Source: an uncultured bacterium
GTDB taxonomy: Bacteria; Krumholzibacteriota; Krumholzibacteriia; Krumholzibacteriales; Krumholzibacteriaceae
Assembly: GCA_963786935.1 (NCBI GenBank)
Contig: CAWBAN010000001.1
Span: forward strand, 416,001 to 480,000
Direction of reading: 5' to 3'
Length of the DNA: 64,000 bases
Under the pieces are notes generated by a model, which was given only the letters and a program-made list of their open reading frames with translations, had not been told where the DNA came from and did no database searches. The number at the start of each line of letters is the position of its first letter. Position 1 is the stretch's first letter. Positions 47,915 to 57,523 of the stretch are shown here, piece by piece. Both the position numbers and the translations under genes were made by a program.

Positions 47915-49175
47915 ACCTCGTTCCGGGACGGCCGCCGCGGTTCCGCTCGCGCTTCACGTCTCTCTCGGCGTCTTCGTATTCGCCTCGACGTTCTCCATCG
48001 CCCTCACCCAGACTGCCCTCGGCGCGGCGCTCATCCTCTGGCTCGTTTTCGCCGCGCGGGGGAGGGCCCCCGGGCCGCGGCGCACGATGCTCGACGCGCC
48101 GTTCCTCGTCTTCGTCGCCGTATCGCTCGCGGCCGCGCTCCTGTCGGATCAGCGCGTCGAGAGCCTCATGCACCTGAAGAACTACGCGCTCATCGCGGTC
48201 GTCTATCTCGTCGCGGCGCTGCTCGCGACGAGGCGCGCGGCGCTCGGACAATTCCTGGCGCTCCTCGTGTCGGGGGCGGGCGTGTCGGCGTACGGGATCG
48301 CGATCTATCTACTCGGCAAGGGAACGGGCACGCTCGGGCGCACGCCCGGCCCCTTCTCGAACGCGATGACCTTCGGCGGAATGCTCCTCATCCTGAGCTC
48401 GCTGTACGTCGCCGTCGCGGCGGGGAAGGGATCGCCGCGGAGGCTGCGGCTCGCGTCGGCGGCCGCCGCCGCCGTTTCGCTCGCCGCGCTGTTCTTCAGC
48501 TTCACCCGGAGCTCGTGGCTGGGCGCCGTCGCGTCGACGGTCGTCATCCTCGCGATTCTGCGGCGGAAATGGCTCGTTCCCTTCGTCGCCGCGCTCACGC
48601 TCTTCGTGATCCTGCTTCCCGCCCCGTACCGCGACCGCGTAGAGAGCATCTGGAACCTGAAGCACATGACGAACGTGCACCGCCTCCAGCTCCTCGAGGG
48701 GGGTGTCCGGATCGTCAAGGAGCATCCGGTCATCGGCGTCGGCACGAAGGATCTCGCCGACGAGTACCGGGCTCACATGCCGCCCGGCGCCGTGCAGGTC
48801 TTCGGGCACATGCACAACATCTTCCTCCAGATCGCCGTTCAGATGGGATTCATCGGGCTCGCCGCGTTCTGCTGGCTGCTCGTTTCCTTTTTCCGGCTCA
48901 TCGCCGGCAACCTGAAGCTCGATCTCCCGCCGCCCGAGCGGGCGTGGGCGGCGGGCTCCCTCGGGGCGCTCGCCGGATTCGTGGTGAACGGTCTCTTCGA
49001 GTGGAACTTCGGCGACGCCGAGGTGCTGACCCTGCTCTATATCGTTCTCGGCGCCAATCTCGCGCTTGCGCGCCTCGGACGGCCGGCGGCGGGCGGAGCG
49101 GAGGGCGCGACCGGTCCGCGCGGAAATGCGCCCCGCGGCGAAAGCCCGTTTGCATCCGCGCCGCGTATCGGTTAG
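47904..49175 (+). CDS. O-antigen ligase/polymerase-family membrane protein
   Basis: TRSSWLG, HPVIGVG, HMHNIFLQ motifs. Confidence 0.85.
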   Translation: MCGEPRSGTAAAVPLALHVSLGVFVFASTFSIALTQTALGAALILWLVFAARGRAPGPRRTMLDAPFLVFVAVSLAAALLSDQRVESLMHLKNYALIAVVYLVAALLATRRAALGQFLALLVSGAGVSAYGIAIYLLGKGTGTLGRTPGPFSNAMTFGGMLLILSSLYVAVAAGKGSPRRLRLASAAAAAVSLAALFFSFTRSSWLGAVASTVVILAILRRKWLVPFVAALTLFVILLPAPYRDRVESIWNLKHMTNVHRLQLLEGGVRIVKEHPVIGVGTKDLADEYRAHMPPGAVQVFGHMHNIFLQIAVQMGFIGLAAFCWLLVSFFRLIAGNLKLDLPPPERAWAAGSLGALAGFVVNGLFEWNFGDAEVLTLLYIVLGANLALARLGRPAAGGAEGATGPRGNAPRGESPFASAPRIG

Positions 49176-49185
49176 AATTGGATTC

Positions 49186-50076
49186 ATGATGAAGCTCTGG
49201 TACATCGTCGTTTCGATGCGGCCCCGGCAGTGGACGAAGAACCTCGTCCTCTTCGCCGGCGTCGTCTTTTCGATGCACCTCTTCGAGCTCTCGCTCCTCG
49301 AGCGAAGCCTCTACGGCTTCATCGTCTTCTGTCTCATGTCGGGCGCGATCTACATCGTGAACGACATTTCCGACCGCGCGCGGGACCGCGAGCATCCGGT
49401 GAAGCGGAAGCGTCCGATCGCCGCCGGGCTCCTGAGTCCCGCGGAGGCGCTGCCCGTCGCCGTGGCGATTCTCGCCGCCGCGCTCGCCGTCTCGTGGATT
49501 CTCGGGAGCGGATTTTTCGCCGTCGCCGCCGCATTCATCGCGATCAATTTCGCCTACTCGTTCTTCCTCAGGGGCATCGTGATCCTCGACGTGTTCTCGA
49601 TCTCGTTCAATTTCCTGCTCCGGGCCGTGGGGGGGGTCGCCGTGCTGAAGGAGAGCGTGCCGAACATCGAGATCAGCCCCTGGCTCCTCATCTGCACGCT
49701 GTTCCTCTCGCTCTTCCTCGCGTTCTGCAAGCGCCGGAACGAGATCGAATTTCTCGACGAGGCCGCGGAGCACCGCGCCTCCCTGAAGGATTATTCGGTG
49801 CTGCTCCTCGATCAGCTCGTCGGGCTCTCGGCGACGACCGCGCTCGTCTCGTATTCGATCTACACGGTATGGCCGAGCACCGTCGAGAAATTCGGCACGA
49901 GCAACCTCGTTTACACGATCCCCTTCGTGGTGTTCGGGATCATGCGATATCTGTACATCGTGTACCGGCGGAACGAGGGGGGAGATCCGTCGGGCATTCT
50001 CCTCACCGAGAAGTCGATTCTCGCGACGGTGTTCCTCTGGGCCGTGGCGGTGATCTGGATCCTCTGGCGGTCGTGA
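49186..50076 (+). CDS. UbiA-family polyprenyl-phosphate phosphoribosyltransferase-like protein
   Basis: RPRQWTKN, YIVNDISD, HPVKRKRPIAAG, KRRNE, HRASLKDYS. Confidence 0.85.
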   Translation: MMKLWYIVVSMRPRQWTKNLVLFAGVVFSMHLFELSLLERSLYGFIVFCLMSGAIYIVNDISDRARDREHPVKRKRPIAAGLLSPAEALPVAVAILAAALAVSWILGSGFFAVAAAFIAINFAYSFFLRGIVILDVFSISFNFLLRAVGGVAVLKESVPNIEISPWLLICTLFLSLFLAFCKRRNEIEFLDEAAEHRASLKDYSVLLLDQLVGLSATTALVSYSIYTVWPSTVEKFGTSNLVYTIPFVVFGIMRYLYIVYRRNEGGDPSGILLTEKSILATVFLWAVAVIWILWRS

Positions 50077-50093
50077 GCGGGGAGTCTCGATTC

Positions 50094-51179
50094 ATGGCGT
50101 CGAAAGTCGCAGTCGTTCGAACGAAGCCTCAAACGGTCCTCGAGGATTACGCGCGCGCGATGGATCTCGCCGAGGCGCCGCGGCATCTCACGGCGCAGCG
50201 CGAGCTCCTGCTCAAGCTCAACCTCTCGTGGACGAAATATTTCCCCGCGTGCTCGAGCCAGCCGTGGCAGCTCGAGGGGGTCGCGAAGTACCTGCTCGCG
50301 CACGGATACCGGAGCGATCAGATCCTCCCTATCGAGAACAAGACGGTGGTGACGAATCCGCGCAAGGGGGTCGTCAACAACCTGTGGCTCCCCGTGCTCG
50401 AGCGATACGGGCTCGGCTTCACGCCGCTCCCCGAGGTCGAATGGAAGGTACACCGGTTCCGCGAGCCGCTCCTGCGGCTCCCCTCGATCTTTCCCGAGGG
50501 AATCGAGATACCGGCCATGTTCGAGGGGAAGGACATCCTCCATCTCCCGACGGTCAAGACGCACGGCCACTCGATCACGACGGGCGCCGTCAAGAACGCC
50601 TTCGGCGGGCTGCTGAAGGAGGTCCGCCATTTCGCGCACAAGTACATCCACGAGGTGCTCGTCGATCTCCTCATCATGCAGCGCGAGCTCCATCCGAACG
50701 TCTTCGCCGTCATGGACGGCACCGTGTGCGGCGACGGCGCGGGGCCGCGCACGATGGAGCCGGTCGTCGGGAACGTCGTGCTCGCCTCGGCCGATTCGGT
50801 CGCGATCGACGCGGTCGCCGCGCGGATCATGGGCTTCGATCCGATGACGATTCCGTACCTCCGCATGGCGACCGAACGCGGCCTCGGCGAGGCCCGGCTC
50901 GAGCGGATCGAGATCGCCGGCGAGGACCCCGCCTCGTTCGGCTTCCGTTTCAAAACGAAGCGGAGCTTCGTCATCTGGGGGGATCAGATGCTCCGCCTCG
51001 GCCCGCTGCGCTTTCTCGAGAAGCTCGCGCTCCATTCGCCGCTCGCCTTCTGGGCGCCGATGGCGTCGAACCTCTATCACGACGCGTTCTGGTACCCGAC
51101 GATCGGGCGGCGGAAGATCGACCGGTTCAACGGGACTGAGTGGGGGGAGCTCTGGCGTGAGTACCGGAAACGCCCGTGA
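50094..51179 (+). CDS. DUF362 domain protein
   Basis: LLKLN, LPTVKTH, TGAVKN, VMDGT, GAGP, DSVAID. Confidence 0.8.
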   Translation: MASKVAVVRTKPQTVLEDYARAMDLAEAPRHLTAQRELLLKLNLSWTKYFPACSSQPWQLEGVAKYLLAHGYRSDQILPIENKTVVTNPRKGVVNNLWLPVLERYGLGFTPLPEVEWKVHRFREPLLRLPSIFPEGIEIPAMFEGKDILHLPTVKTHGHSITTGAVKNAFGGLLKEVRHFAHKYIHEVLVDLLIMQRELHPNVFAVMDGTVCGDGAGPRTMEPVVGNVVLASADSVAIDAVAARIMGFDPMTIPYLRMATERGLGEARLERIEIAGEDPASFGFRFKTKRSFVIWGDQMLRLGPLRFLEKLALHSPLAFWAPMASNLYHDAFWYPTIGRRKIDRFNGTEWGELWREYRKRP

Positions 51180-51218
51180 TCCCGCGCCGCGCGCCCGCAT
51201 TTCAGGCGGCCCGAACAT

Positions 51219-52103
51219 ATGATCACCGCACTGGCCGCGGCCAAGATTAACCTCTTTCTCGACGTCCTCCGCCGCAGGGAAGACGGCTATCACGACATCG
51301 AAACGCTCTACCAGCCCGTGTCGCTCTGGGACGAGCTCACGTTCGAGCGGACGCCGGAGCGCATCGAGATTTCCGGCGACGATCCGTCTATTCCGTGGAA
51401 CGAGGACAATCTCTGCCACCGAGCGGCGAGGCTCGTTCTCGAAAGGTCCGGAGCGAAGGGAGGGGTGCGGATCGCCGTCTCGAAGGGGATTCCTTCGGGG
51501 GCGGGGCTCGGCGGGGGGAGCTCCGACGCCGCCGCGACGCTCCTCGCTCTGAACGAGCTCTTCCGATGCGGTCTTTCGAACGCGGAGCTTCGGGAGCTTG
51601 CCCTCGAGATCGGGGCCGACGTGCCGTTTTTCGTCTTCGGCGCTCCCGCGATCGGCCGCGGCAGGGGGGAGATTCTCGAGGCGGCGCCTGGACTCGCCGG
51701 AGGCTGGATTTTAATCGTCAAGCCTGATGTAACTGTTTCCACGAGCTGGGCTTATCGCAATTTCAATTTCATGTTGACAACGAATAAAGGCGGAGCTACA
51801 CTTACAGCGCTAATTGAAGGAATACAGAGGTTTCCGGCGATGAAGCTGGAGACTCGCAATAGTTTTGAAGCGGGCGTCGTGGAGCGTTTTCCCGGGATTG
51901 CGGGGATTCTTGCCGCGCTGAAGAGGGAAGGGTCCATATTGAGTTCCCTGAGCGGCAGCGGCTCGGCCTGCTTTGGAATCTTTGAAGTGGAAGGCAGAGC
52001 AAAGGAGGTCATGGAGCGGTTCGACGGCGAAGGTCTTTTCACCCGACTCGTTCAGCCTGTAGAGCGGGCCGTCCGTATTTCGGCCTCGGAGCGGCCGAGG
52101 TAA
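51219..52103 (+). CDS. ispE: 4-diphosphocytidyl-2-C-methyl-D-erythritol kinase
   Basis: AKINLFL, IPSGAGLGGGSSDAA, GADVPFF, LSGSGS. Confidence 0.95.
   Translation: MITALAAAKINLFLDVLRRREDGYHDIETLYQPVSLWDELTFERTPERIEISGDDPSIPWNEDNLCHRAARLVLERSGAKGGVRIAVSKGIPSGAGLGGGSSDAAATLLALNELFRCGLSNAELRELALEIGADVPFFVFGAPAIGRGRGEILEAAPGLAGGWILIVKPDVTVSTSWAYRNFNFMLTTNKGGATLTALIEGIQRFPAMKLETRNSFEAGVVERFPGIAGILAALKREGSILSSLSGSGSACFGIFEVEGRAKEVMERFDGEGLFTRLVQPVERAVRISASERPR
51774..51802 (+). promoter_or_regulatory. sigma70 promoter inside ispE
   Basis: TTGACA-N17-TACACT preceded by AT-rich tract. Confidence 0.7.
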
Positions 52104-52120
52104 GCGTCTAGGGGGGGAAC

Positions 52121-52420
52121 ATGGAGATCACTGAGATTCGGATTTCTCTCAGGACTGACAACAAGCTCAAGGCATTCGCGAGCATCACGCTCGATGATCG
52201 CTTCGTGATCCGGGGACTCAAGATTATCGAGGGCGCGAAGGGCGTTTTCGTGGCGATGCCGAGCCGCAAACGGCCCGACGGCACGTTCCAGGATATCGCC
52301 CATCCGATCAACAATGAGACCCGCGCGTGGATGGAGCAGCAGGTCATCGCCGCGTACCATCAGGAGAAGGAGAAGATGGCCTCCGAAGCGGGCGTCGAGG
52401 TATCGACGGAGATGGATTAG
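52121..52420 (+). CDS. spoVG: SpoVG family regulator
   Basis: [35 protein letters not shown]. Confidence 0.92.
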   Translation: MEITEIRISLRTDNKLKAFASITLDDRFVIRGLKIIEGAKGVFVAMPSRKRPDGTFQDIAHPINNETRAWMEQQVIAAYHQEKEKMASEAGVEVSTEMD

Positions 52421-52452
52421 CGGAAAGGAAGAGAAAGGCTCCACATATCGGC

Positions 52453-52526
52453 TGGGGCGTCGTCAAGCGGCAAGACACGGGACTTTGGATCCTGGATCGG
52501 AGGTTCGAATCCTCCCGCCCCAACCA
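52453..52526 (+). tRNA. tRNA-Gln(TTG)
   Basis: TGGGGCG/CGCCCCA acceptor, CGGGA-CTTTGGA-TCCTG, CCA. Confidence 0.93.
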
Positions 52527-52585
52527 CCATGGTCGCTGGAAGGGTGGCCGCTTCGGTCACCATTACTTTTATGGAGGGAATCGGG

Positions 52586-53521
52586 ATGAACTATGAGCTC
52601 AAGCTGATCGCGGGGACGGCGAATCCCGAGCTCGGGCAGAAGATATCGGAGTATCTCGGCGTGCCGCTCTGCGGGGTCGAGATCGGGCACTTCACCGACG
52701 GCGAGCTCCGCGTGCATATCCTCGACAACATCCGCGGCAGGGACATCTTCATCATCCAGCCGACGTTCGCTCCCGCGGACAACCTGCTCGAGCTCCTCCT
52801 GATCATCGACGCGTGCCGCCGCGCCTCCGCCCACCGCACGACCGCGGTCATCCCGTACTACGGTTACGCCCGGCAGGATCGCAAGGATCAGCCCCGGGTT
52901 CCCATATCGGCGAAGCTCGTCGCCAACCTCATCACCACCGCGGGCGCGGACCGCGTCCTCGCCCTCGAACTGCACGCGGCCCAGATTCAGGGATTTTTCG
53001 ACATACAGGTCGATAATCTTTTTGCGGCGCCGGTCCTCTTTGAATATATTCGGGGGAAGAAATTGCGGAATATCACGGTCGTTTCGCCCGACGTCGGCGG
53101 GATCAAGATGGGCAGGTCCTTCGCGAAGCGCCTCGGCGCCAACCTGGCCATCGTCGACAAGCGGCGGACCTCCGCGGATAAATCCGAAGCCATGAATATC
53201 ATCGGCGAGGTCGCCGGAAGCGACATCGTCATTCTCGATGATATCATCAGCACGGCCGGGACGATCACGCAGGCCGCCGAGGTTTTGAAAGCCGCGGGCG
53301 CGGGGAAGATCATCGCCGCCGCCACGCATCCCGTCTTCTCGGGGAGCGCGTTCGAGAAGATCGAGCGCTCGCCGATCGAGGAGGTCATCGTGACCAACTC
53401 GATCCCGGTCCATGACGGCGTGCCGTGCAGCAAGATCAAGGTTCTCGACGTATCGCCCCTCCTCGGCGAGGCGATACGGCGGATCCATACGGGAGAATCG
53501 ATCAGCAATCTTTTTGTGTAA
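52586..53521 (+). CDS. prs: Ribose-phosphate pyrophosphokinase
   Basis: PYYGYARQDRK, VSPDVGG, DDIISTAGT. Confidence 0.96.
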   Translation: MNYELKLIAGTANPELGQKISEYLGVPLCGVEIGHFTDGELRVHILDNIRGRDIFIIQPTFAPADNLLELLLIIDACRRASAHRTTAVIPYYGYARQDRKDQPRVPISAKLVANLITTAGADRVLALELHAAQIQGFFDIQVDNLFAAPVLFEYIRGKKLRNITVVSPDVGGIKMGRSFAKRLGANLAIVDKRRTSADKSEAMNIIGEVAGSDIVILDDIISTAGTITQAAEVLKAAGAGKIIAAATHPVFSGSAFEKIERSPIEEVIVTNSIPVHDGVPCSKIKVLDVSPLLGEAIRRIHTGESISNLFV

Positions 53522-53535
53522 CGCTGGAGGACGTC

Positions 53536-54288
53536 ATGCAGAAGCCCAAATTGAATTCACACATTCGCACGGGAGCCGGCAAGGAAGGCGCGAAGCGTCT
53601 CCGCGCGGCCGGCGAGATTCCCGCAATCCTGTACGGGCACAAGCGCGAGCCCGTGTCCCTCGCCGTGTCCCAGAAGGACATCTGGCACATCCTGCACACG
53701 GCGACGAGCGAGCACATGATCCTGAGCCTCGACGTCGAGGGCTCGAGCGAGGGATCGATTCTCACGCTCGTGCGGGACATCCAGCATCATCCGGTGTCCG
53801 GTGACGTGCTCCACATCGATCTTCAGAGGATTTCGGTCGACGAGAAGCTCCATATCGGCGTGCCCATCGAGCTCGCCGGCCAGGCGAAGGGCGTCAAGGA
53901 CGAGGGGGGCGTGCTCGATCACGGTATCCGCGAGATAACCCTCAACGTGAAGCCGATGGAGATTCCGGAAAAGGTCTCGATCGACATCTCGCACCTCGAG
54001 ATCGGCGATTCGGTTCACGTTTCCGATCTCATCGCGCTCTATCCCGATCTCGAGATCGTCGACGATCCGCACGTGACGATCGCGCACGTGTCCGCGCCGA
54101 AGAAGCTCGAAGCGCTCATTCCGGAGCCGGGAACCCCCGCCGCGGCGGCGGTCGCGCCGGAGGAGGAAGGGGCCGAGGGCGAAGAGGGAGCGGAAGGCGG
54201 CGAGGGAGCGGAAGAGGGCAAGGGCAAGGAAAAAGACAAAGAAAAGGGCAAAGAGAAGGAAGAGAAAAAAGAGAAGAAAGGGAAGTAG
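53536..54288 (+). CDS. rplY: 50S ribosomal protein L25/Ctc
   Basis: IPAILYG, DIQHHPV, HIDL, LEIGDSVHV; between prs and pth. Confidence 0.93.
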   Translation: MQKPKLNSHIRTGAGKEGAKRLRAAGEIPAILYGHKREPVSLAVSQKDIWHILHTATSEHMILSLDVEGSSEGSILTLVRDIQHHPVSGDVLHIDLQRISVDEKLHIGVPIELAGQAKGVKDEGGVLDHGIREITLNVKPMEIPEKVSIDISHLEIGDSVHVSDLIALYPDLEIVDDPHVTIAHVSAPKKLEALIPEPGTPAAAAVAPEEEGAEGEEGAEGGEGAEEGKGKEKDKEKGKEKEEKKEKKGK

Positions 54289-54297
54289 CGCTTCTCC

Positions 54298-54906
54298 ATG
54301 TCGGAGGTCGCAATCATCTGCGGGCTCGGCAATCCGGGCCCGCAGTACCGCTCGAACAGGCATAATCTCGGATTTCTGGCGCTCGACGTACTGTCGCGGC
54401 GCCATTCGCTTTCGTGGAGCCGCGCGGCGGGCCCCGCGCAGGTCGCGCGCTGGCGCGCCGCCGGTCGCGACATCACGCTCCTCAAGCCCCTCACCTTCAT
54501 GAACGAATCCGGCGCGGCGCTCGCGAAGCACCGGGGCGCCTCGAGCGACGGGATCCTCGTCGTGTGCGACGACCTGAACCTGCCGCTGGGCGCGGTCAGG
54601 ATCCGCCCGCGCGGCGGGGGCGGGGGGCACAAGGGGCTCGAATCGATCATCGAGCGCCTCGGCACGTCCGATTTCCCGCGGATGCGACTCGGCGTCGGGG
54701 GGGCGCCGCCGGGGATCGACTGGGTGGAGTTCGTTCTGTCCGATTTCGGTCCGGAGGAGGGCGAGGCGGTCGCCGCCCTCGTCGAGACGGCGTCGGACGC
54801 GATCGAAATGGCGGTCCGGCGGGGGCTCGACGCCGCGATGAGCCGCTACAACTCTCCCGCGCCGGCGGGGGAGGATGGGCCCGGGGGGCAATCAGGCTCC
54901 CCTTGA
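54298..54906 (+). CDS. pth: Peptidyl-tRNA hydrolase
   Basis: GLGNPG, RHNLGF, KPLTFMNESG, GGHKGL. Confidence 0.95.
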   Translation: MSEVAIICGLGNPGPQYRSNRHNLGFLALDVLSRRHSLSWSRAAGPAQVARWRAAGRDITLLKPLTFMNESGAALAKHRGASSDGILVVCDDLNLPLGAVRIRPRGGGGGHKGLESIIERLGTSDFPRMRLGVGGAPPGIDWVEFVLSDFGPEEGEAVAALVETASDAIEMAVRRGLDAAMSRYNSPAPAGEDGPGGQSGSP

Positions 54907-54931
54907 CCGGCCGCGACCGGCGTGCTATATT
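54903..54931 (+). promoter_or_regulatory. sigma70 promoter of rpsF operon
   Basis: TTGACC-N17-TATATT with extended TG. Confidence 0.75.
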
Positions 54932-54970
54932 TCACCCGCTTACGGCGGAAGCACCAACGGCCGTAATTAA

Positions 54971-55030
54971 TCCCTGCCTTCACGGCGGTCACCCCGTTCG
55001 ATGAAGGCCATTTCAAGTCCGAAGGGAGGA
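54971..55030 (+). promoter_or_regulatory. S6:S18 ribosomal protein leader
   Basis: TCCCT pairs with SD-containing AGGGA; internal GCCTTCA/TGAAGGC stem; CCG immediately before the SD helix; upstream of rpsF. Confidence 0.75.
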
Positions 55031-55038
55031 ACTCATCT

Positions 55039-55368
55039 ATGCGGGCGTACGAGTGTATCTACATTCTGAACCCGTCCCTCGACGAGCAAGCGGTCAAGGA
55101 CAAAGCGGTCAAGTACGGCGAGATCGTCGCGACCCGTCAGGGGCAGGTCACGAGCGTCGAGCAGTGGGGCAAGCGCCGGCTCGCCTACCCGATCAACAAG
55201 ATCTTCGAGGGATACTACACCTTCATGCGTTTCACGGGGGACACCGAGATCCTGAAGGAGCTCGGCCGGGTGTTCCGTTTCGACGAAGCGGTGGTCCGCC
55301 ACCTCATCGTCGTCGAGGAGCGTCCGAAGAAGGCGGAAGCGCCGAAGACGCCCGCAGAGGGGAAGTGA
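55039..55368 (+). CDS. rpsF: 30S ribosomal protein S6
   Basis: YECIYIL, WGKRRLAYPI, EGYY. Confidence 0.96.
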   Translation: MRAYECIYILNPSLDEQAVKDKAVKYGEIVATRQGQVTSVEQWGKRRLAYPINKIFEGYYTFMRFTGDTEILKELGRVFRFDEAVVRHLIVVEERPKKAEAPKTPAEGK

Positions 55369-55374
55369 GGAACC

Positions 55375-55653
55375 ATGGCGATGAACGATAAACGAGGGGA
55401 CCGGAAGAACGACAAGCGGAAGAAAAAAGAGAAGCGGATGCTTCCGACCAAGCCGTGCAGATTCTGCATGGACGATCTCCCGATCGATTACAAGGACCAA
55501 TCGTTTTTGAGCCGCTTCATCACCGAGCGCGGCAAGATGACGCCGCGGCGGATCACGGGAACCTGCGCGTGGCACCAGCGGGCGCTCGCGCGGGCCATCA
55601 AGCGGGCGCGCTCGATCGCGCTCCTGCCCTATGTGAGAGAGTATTTTCGCTAA
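55375..55653 (+). CDS. rpsR: 30S ribosomal protein S18 (Zn-binding type)
   Basis: [27 protein letters not shown]. Confidence 0.96.
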   Translation: MAMNDKRGDRKNDKRKKKEKRMLPTKPCRFCMDDLPIDYKDQSFLSRFITERGKMTPRRITGTCAWHQRALARAIKRARSIALLPYVREYFR

Positions 55654-55675
55654 AGCAGGCTAAAGGGAGATTTGT

Positions 55676-56119
55676 ATGGAAGTGATCCTCAGACAGAAGG
55701 TTCAGGGATTGGGAGACCGGGGGGACGTCGTCAAGGTCAAGGAAGGATACGCGCGGAACTACCTGTTCCCGAAGCGCCTCGCCCTCGCCTCGACGCCGGG
55801 CCAGAAGCGCGTGCTCGAAGAGGAGACCCGCCTCCACGGCGTTCGGGACGTGAAGCTCAAGCAGAGTGTCCAGGCCGTCGCCGAGAAGATGAAGGGCCTT
55901 TCCTGCACGCTCGTCGTGCAGGCGGGGGAAGAGGACAAGCTCTACGGCTCCGTCACCGGGCATGACATCGCGAAGGCGATTTCGGATCAGGGATTCGCGA
56001 TCGACCACAAGCAGGTCGAGCTCGAGGAGCCGATCAAGAAGCTCGGCGTCTATTCGGTGAACGTCAGGCTTCACCGCGAGGTCGAGGTTCCGGTCAAGAT
56101 CTGGGTCGTGAAGGAATAA
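55676..56119 (+). CDS. rplI: 50S ribosomal protein L9
   Basis: MEVILR, VKEGYARNYL, KLYGSVT, PIKKLG. Confidence 0.96.
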   Translation: MEVILRQKVQGLGDRGDVVKVKEGYARNYLFPKRLALASTPGQKRVLEEETRLHGVRDVKLKQSVQAVAEKMKGLSCTLVVQAGEEDKLYGSVTGHDIAKAISDQGFAIDHKQVELEEPIKKLGVYSVNVRLHREVEVPVKIWVVKE

Positions 56120-56149
56120 CGCCGTCGTTCCTCGAACGGGAGGACCGAT

Positions 56150-57523
56150 ATCAACATTCCGGCTCATATTTTCAGGGAGTACGATATCCGGGGCGTCGTC
56201 GGCGTCGATCTGACGGAGGATCGCGTCCGGCGTCTCGGGCTCGCCGCGGCCGCGACGTTCGCGCGAGAGGGCATCCGCGAGGCCGTCGTCGGCAGGGACG
56301 TCCGCCCGAGCAGCGATTCGTTCTTTGAAGCGCTCGCCGGCGGGCTGACGGCGGGAGGCGTATCGGTCATCGACATCGGGGTCGTTCCGACCCCGGTGTT
56401 CTATTTCGCCGCGAAGAAGTGGGGCATCCGGGGCGGGGTCATGATCACGGCGAGCCACAATCCGAGCGAATTCAACGGATTCAAGGTGCTCCGCGGCGAG
56501 GGCACGATCTACGGGGCCGACATCCTCGCCCTCAGGGACGTCGCGCTCGGGAGCCTACCGGAGCCGGGGGGCGGCCGCGTGACCCGCCGGGAGGCCGTCG
56601 CCGAGTACGTGGAGCGCGTGGCGGGGGGCATCTCGCTCGCGCGCCCGGTCTCCTTCGCCGTCGACGGGGGGAACGGCACCGCGGGGCTCGTCACCGGAGC
56701 GCTCTTCGCGAAGCTCGGCGTGAAGCCGCTCGAGCTCTTCATGGAGCCCGACGGCACCTTCCCCAACCACCATCCCGATCCGACCGTTCCGAAGAATCTC
56801 GTCGCGCTCACGGCGGCCGTGCTCGCGAACAAGCTCGAGCTCGGCGTCGCGTTCGACGGCGACAGCGATCGGATCGGCGTCATCGACGACCGCGGCGAGA
56901 TCCTCTGGGGAGACCGCCTGCTCGCGCTCTTCGCCCGCGGCGTGCTGCGGGAGCATCCCGGCGCGACGGTCATCTTCGAGGTCAAATGCTCCGAGAGCCT
57001 CATCGAGGATATCGCGCGGCACGGCGGGAAGCCGCTCATGTGGAAGGCGGGGCATTCGCTCATCAAGCAGAAGATGCGGGAGACGAACGCGCTCCTGGCG
57101 GGCGAGATGAGCGGCCACATCTTCTTCGCGGATCGATATTACGGGTACGACGACGCGCTGTACGCGGCGTGCCGGCTCCTCGAGATCGTCTCGGCGGCGG
57201 GCGCGCCGCTGAGCGACCTCCTCTCGGATCTCGCGCGGTACGAGACGACGCCCGAGATCCGCGTCGAGTGCGAGGACGATCGAAAGTTCGACGTCGTGCG
57301 GAGCGTGCGGGATCATTTCCGGAAGACGCACGAGGTCATCGACGTCGACGGCGCGCGCGTCAAATTCGACGGCGGCTGGGGCCTCGTGCGGGCCTCGAAC
57401 ACGCAGCCCGCGCTCGTGCTGCGTTTCGAGGCGTCGACGAAGGAGCGCCTCGACGCGATCAGGAACGAAGTCGCGCTCGTGCTCGGCCGCTTCGTCGACG
57501 TCTCCCCGCTCACGGGGGCGTGA
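56150..57523 (+). CDS. Phosphomannomutase/phosphoglucomutase (AlgC-like), apparent ATC start
   Basis: FREYDIRG, ITASHNP, FDGDSDR, GEMSGH, RASNTQP. Confidence 0.9.
   Translation: MNIPAHIFREYDIRGVVGVDLTEDRVRRLGLAAAATFAREGIREAVVGRDVRPSSDSFFEALAGGLTAGGVSVIDIGVVPTPVFYFAAKKWGIRGGVMITASHNPSEFNGFKVLRGEGTIYGADILALRDVALGSLPEPGGGRVTRREAVAEYVERVAGGISLARPVSFAVDGGNGTAGLVTGALFAKLGVKPLELFMEPDGTFPNHHPDPTVPKNLVALTAAVLANKLELGVAFDGDSDRIGVIDDRGEILWGDRLLALFARGVLREHPGATVIFEVKCSESLIEDIARHGGKPLMWKAGHSLIKQKMRETNALLAGEMSGHIFFADRYYGYDDALYAACRLLEIVSAAGAPLSDLLSDLARYETTPEIRVECEDDRKFDVVRSVRDHFRKTHEVIDVDGARVKFDGGWGLVRASNTQPALVLRFEASTKERLDAIRNEVALVLGRFVDVSPLTGA

Noticed and set aside
54160..54285. Purine-rich repeats at the end of rplY
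   Set aside because: Encodes the common Glu/Lys-rich tail of L25/Ctc proteins
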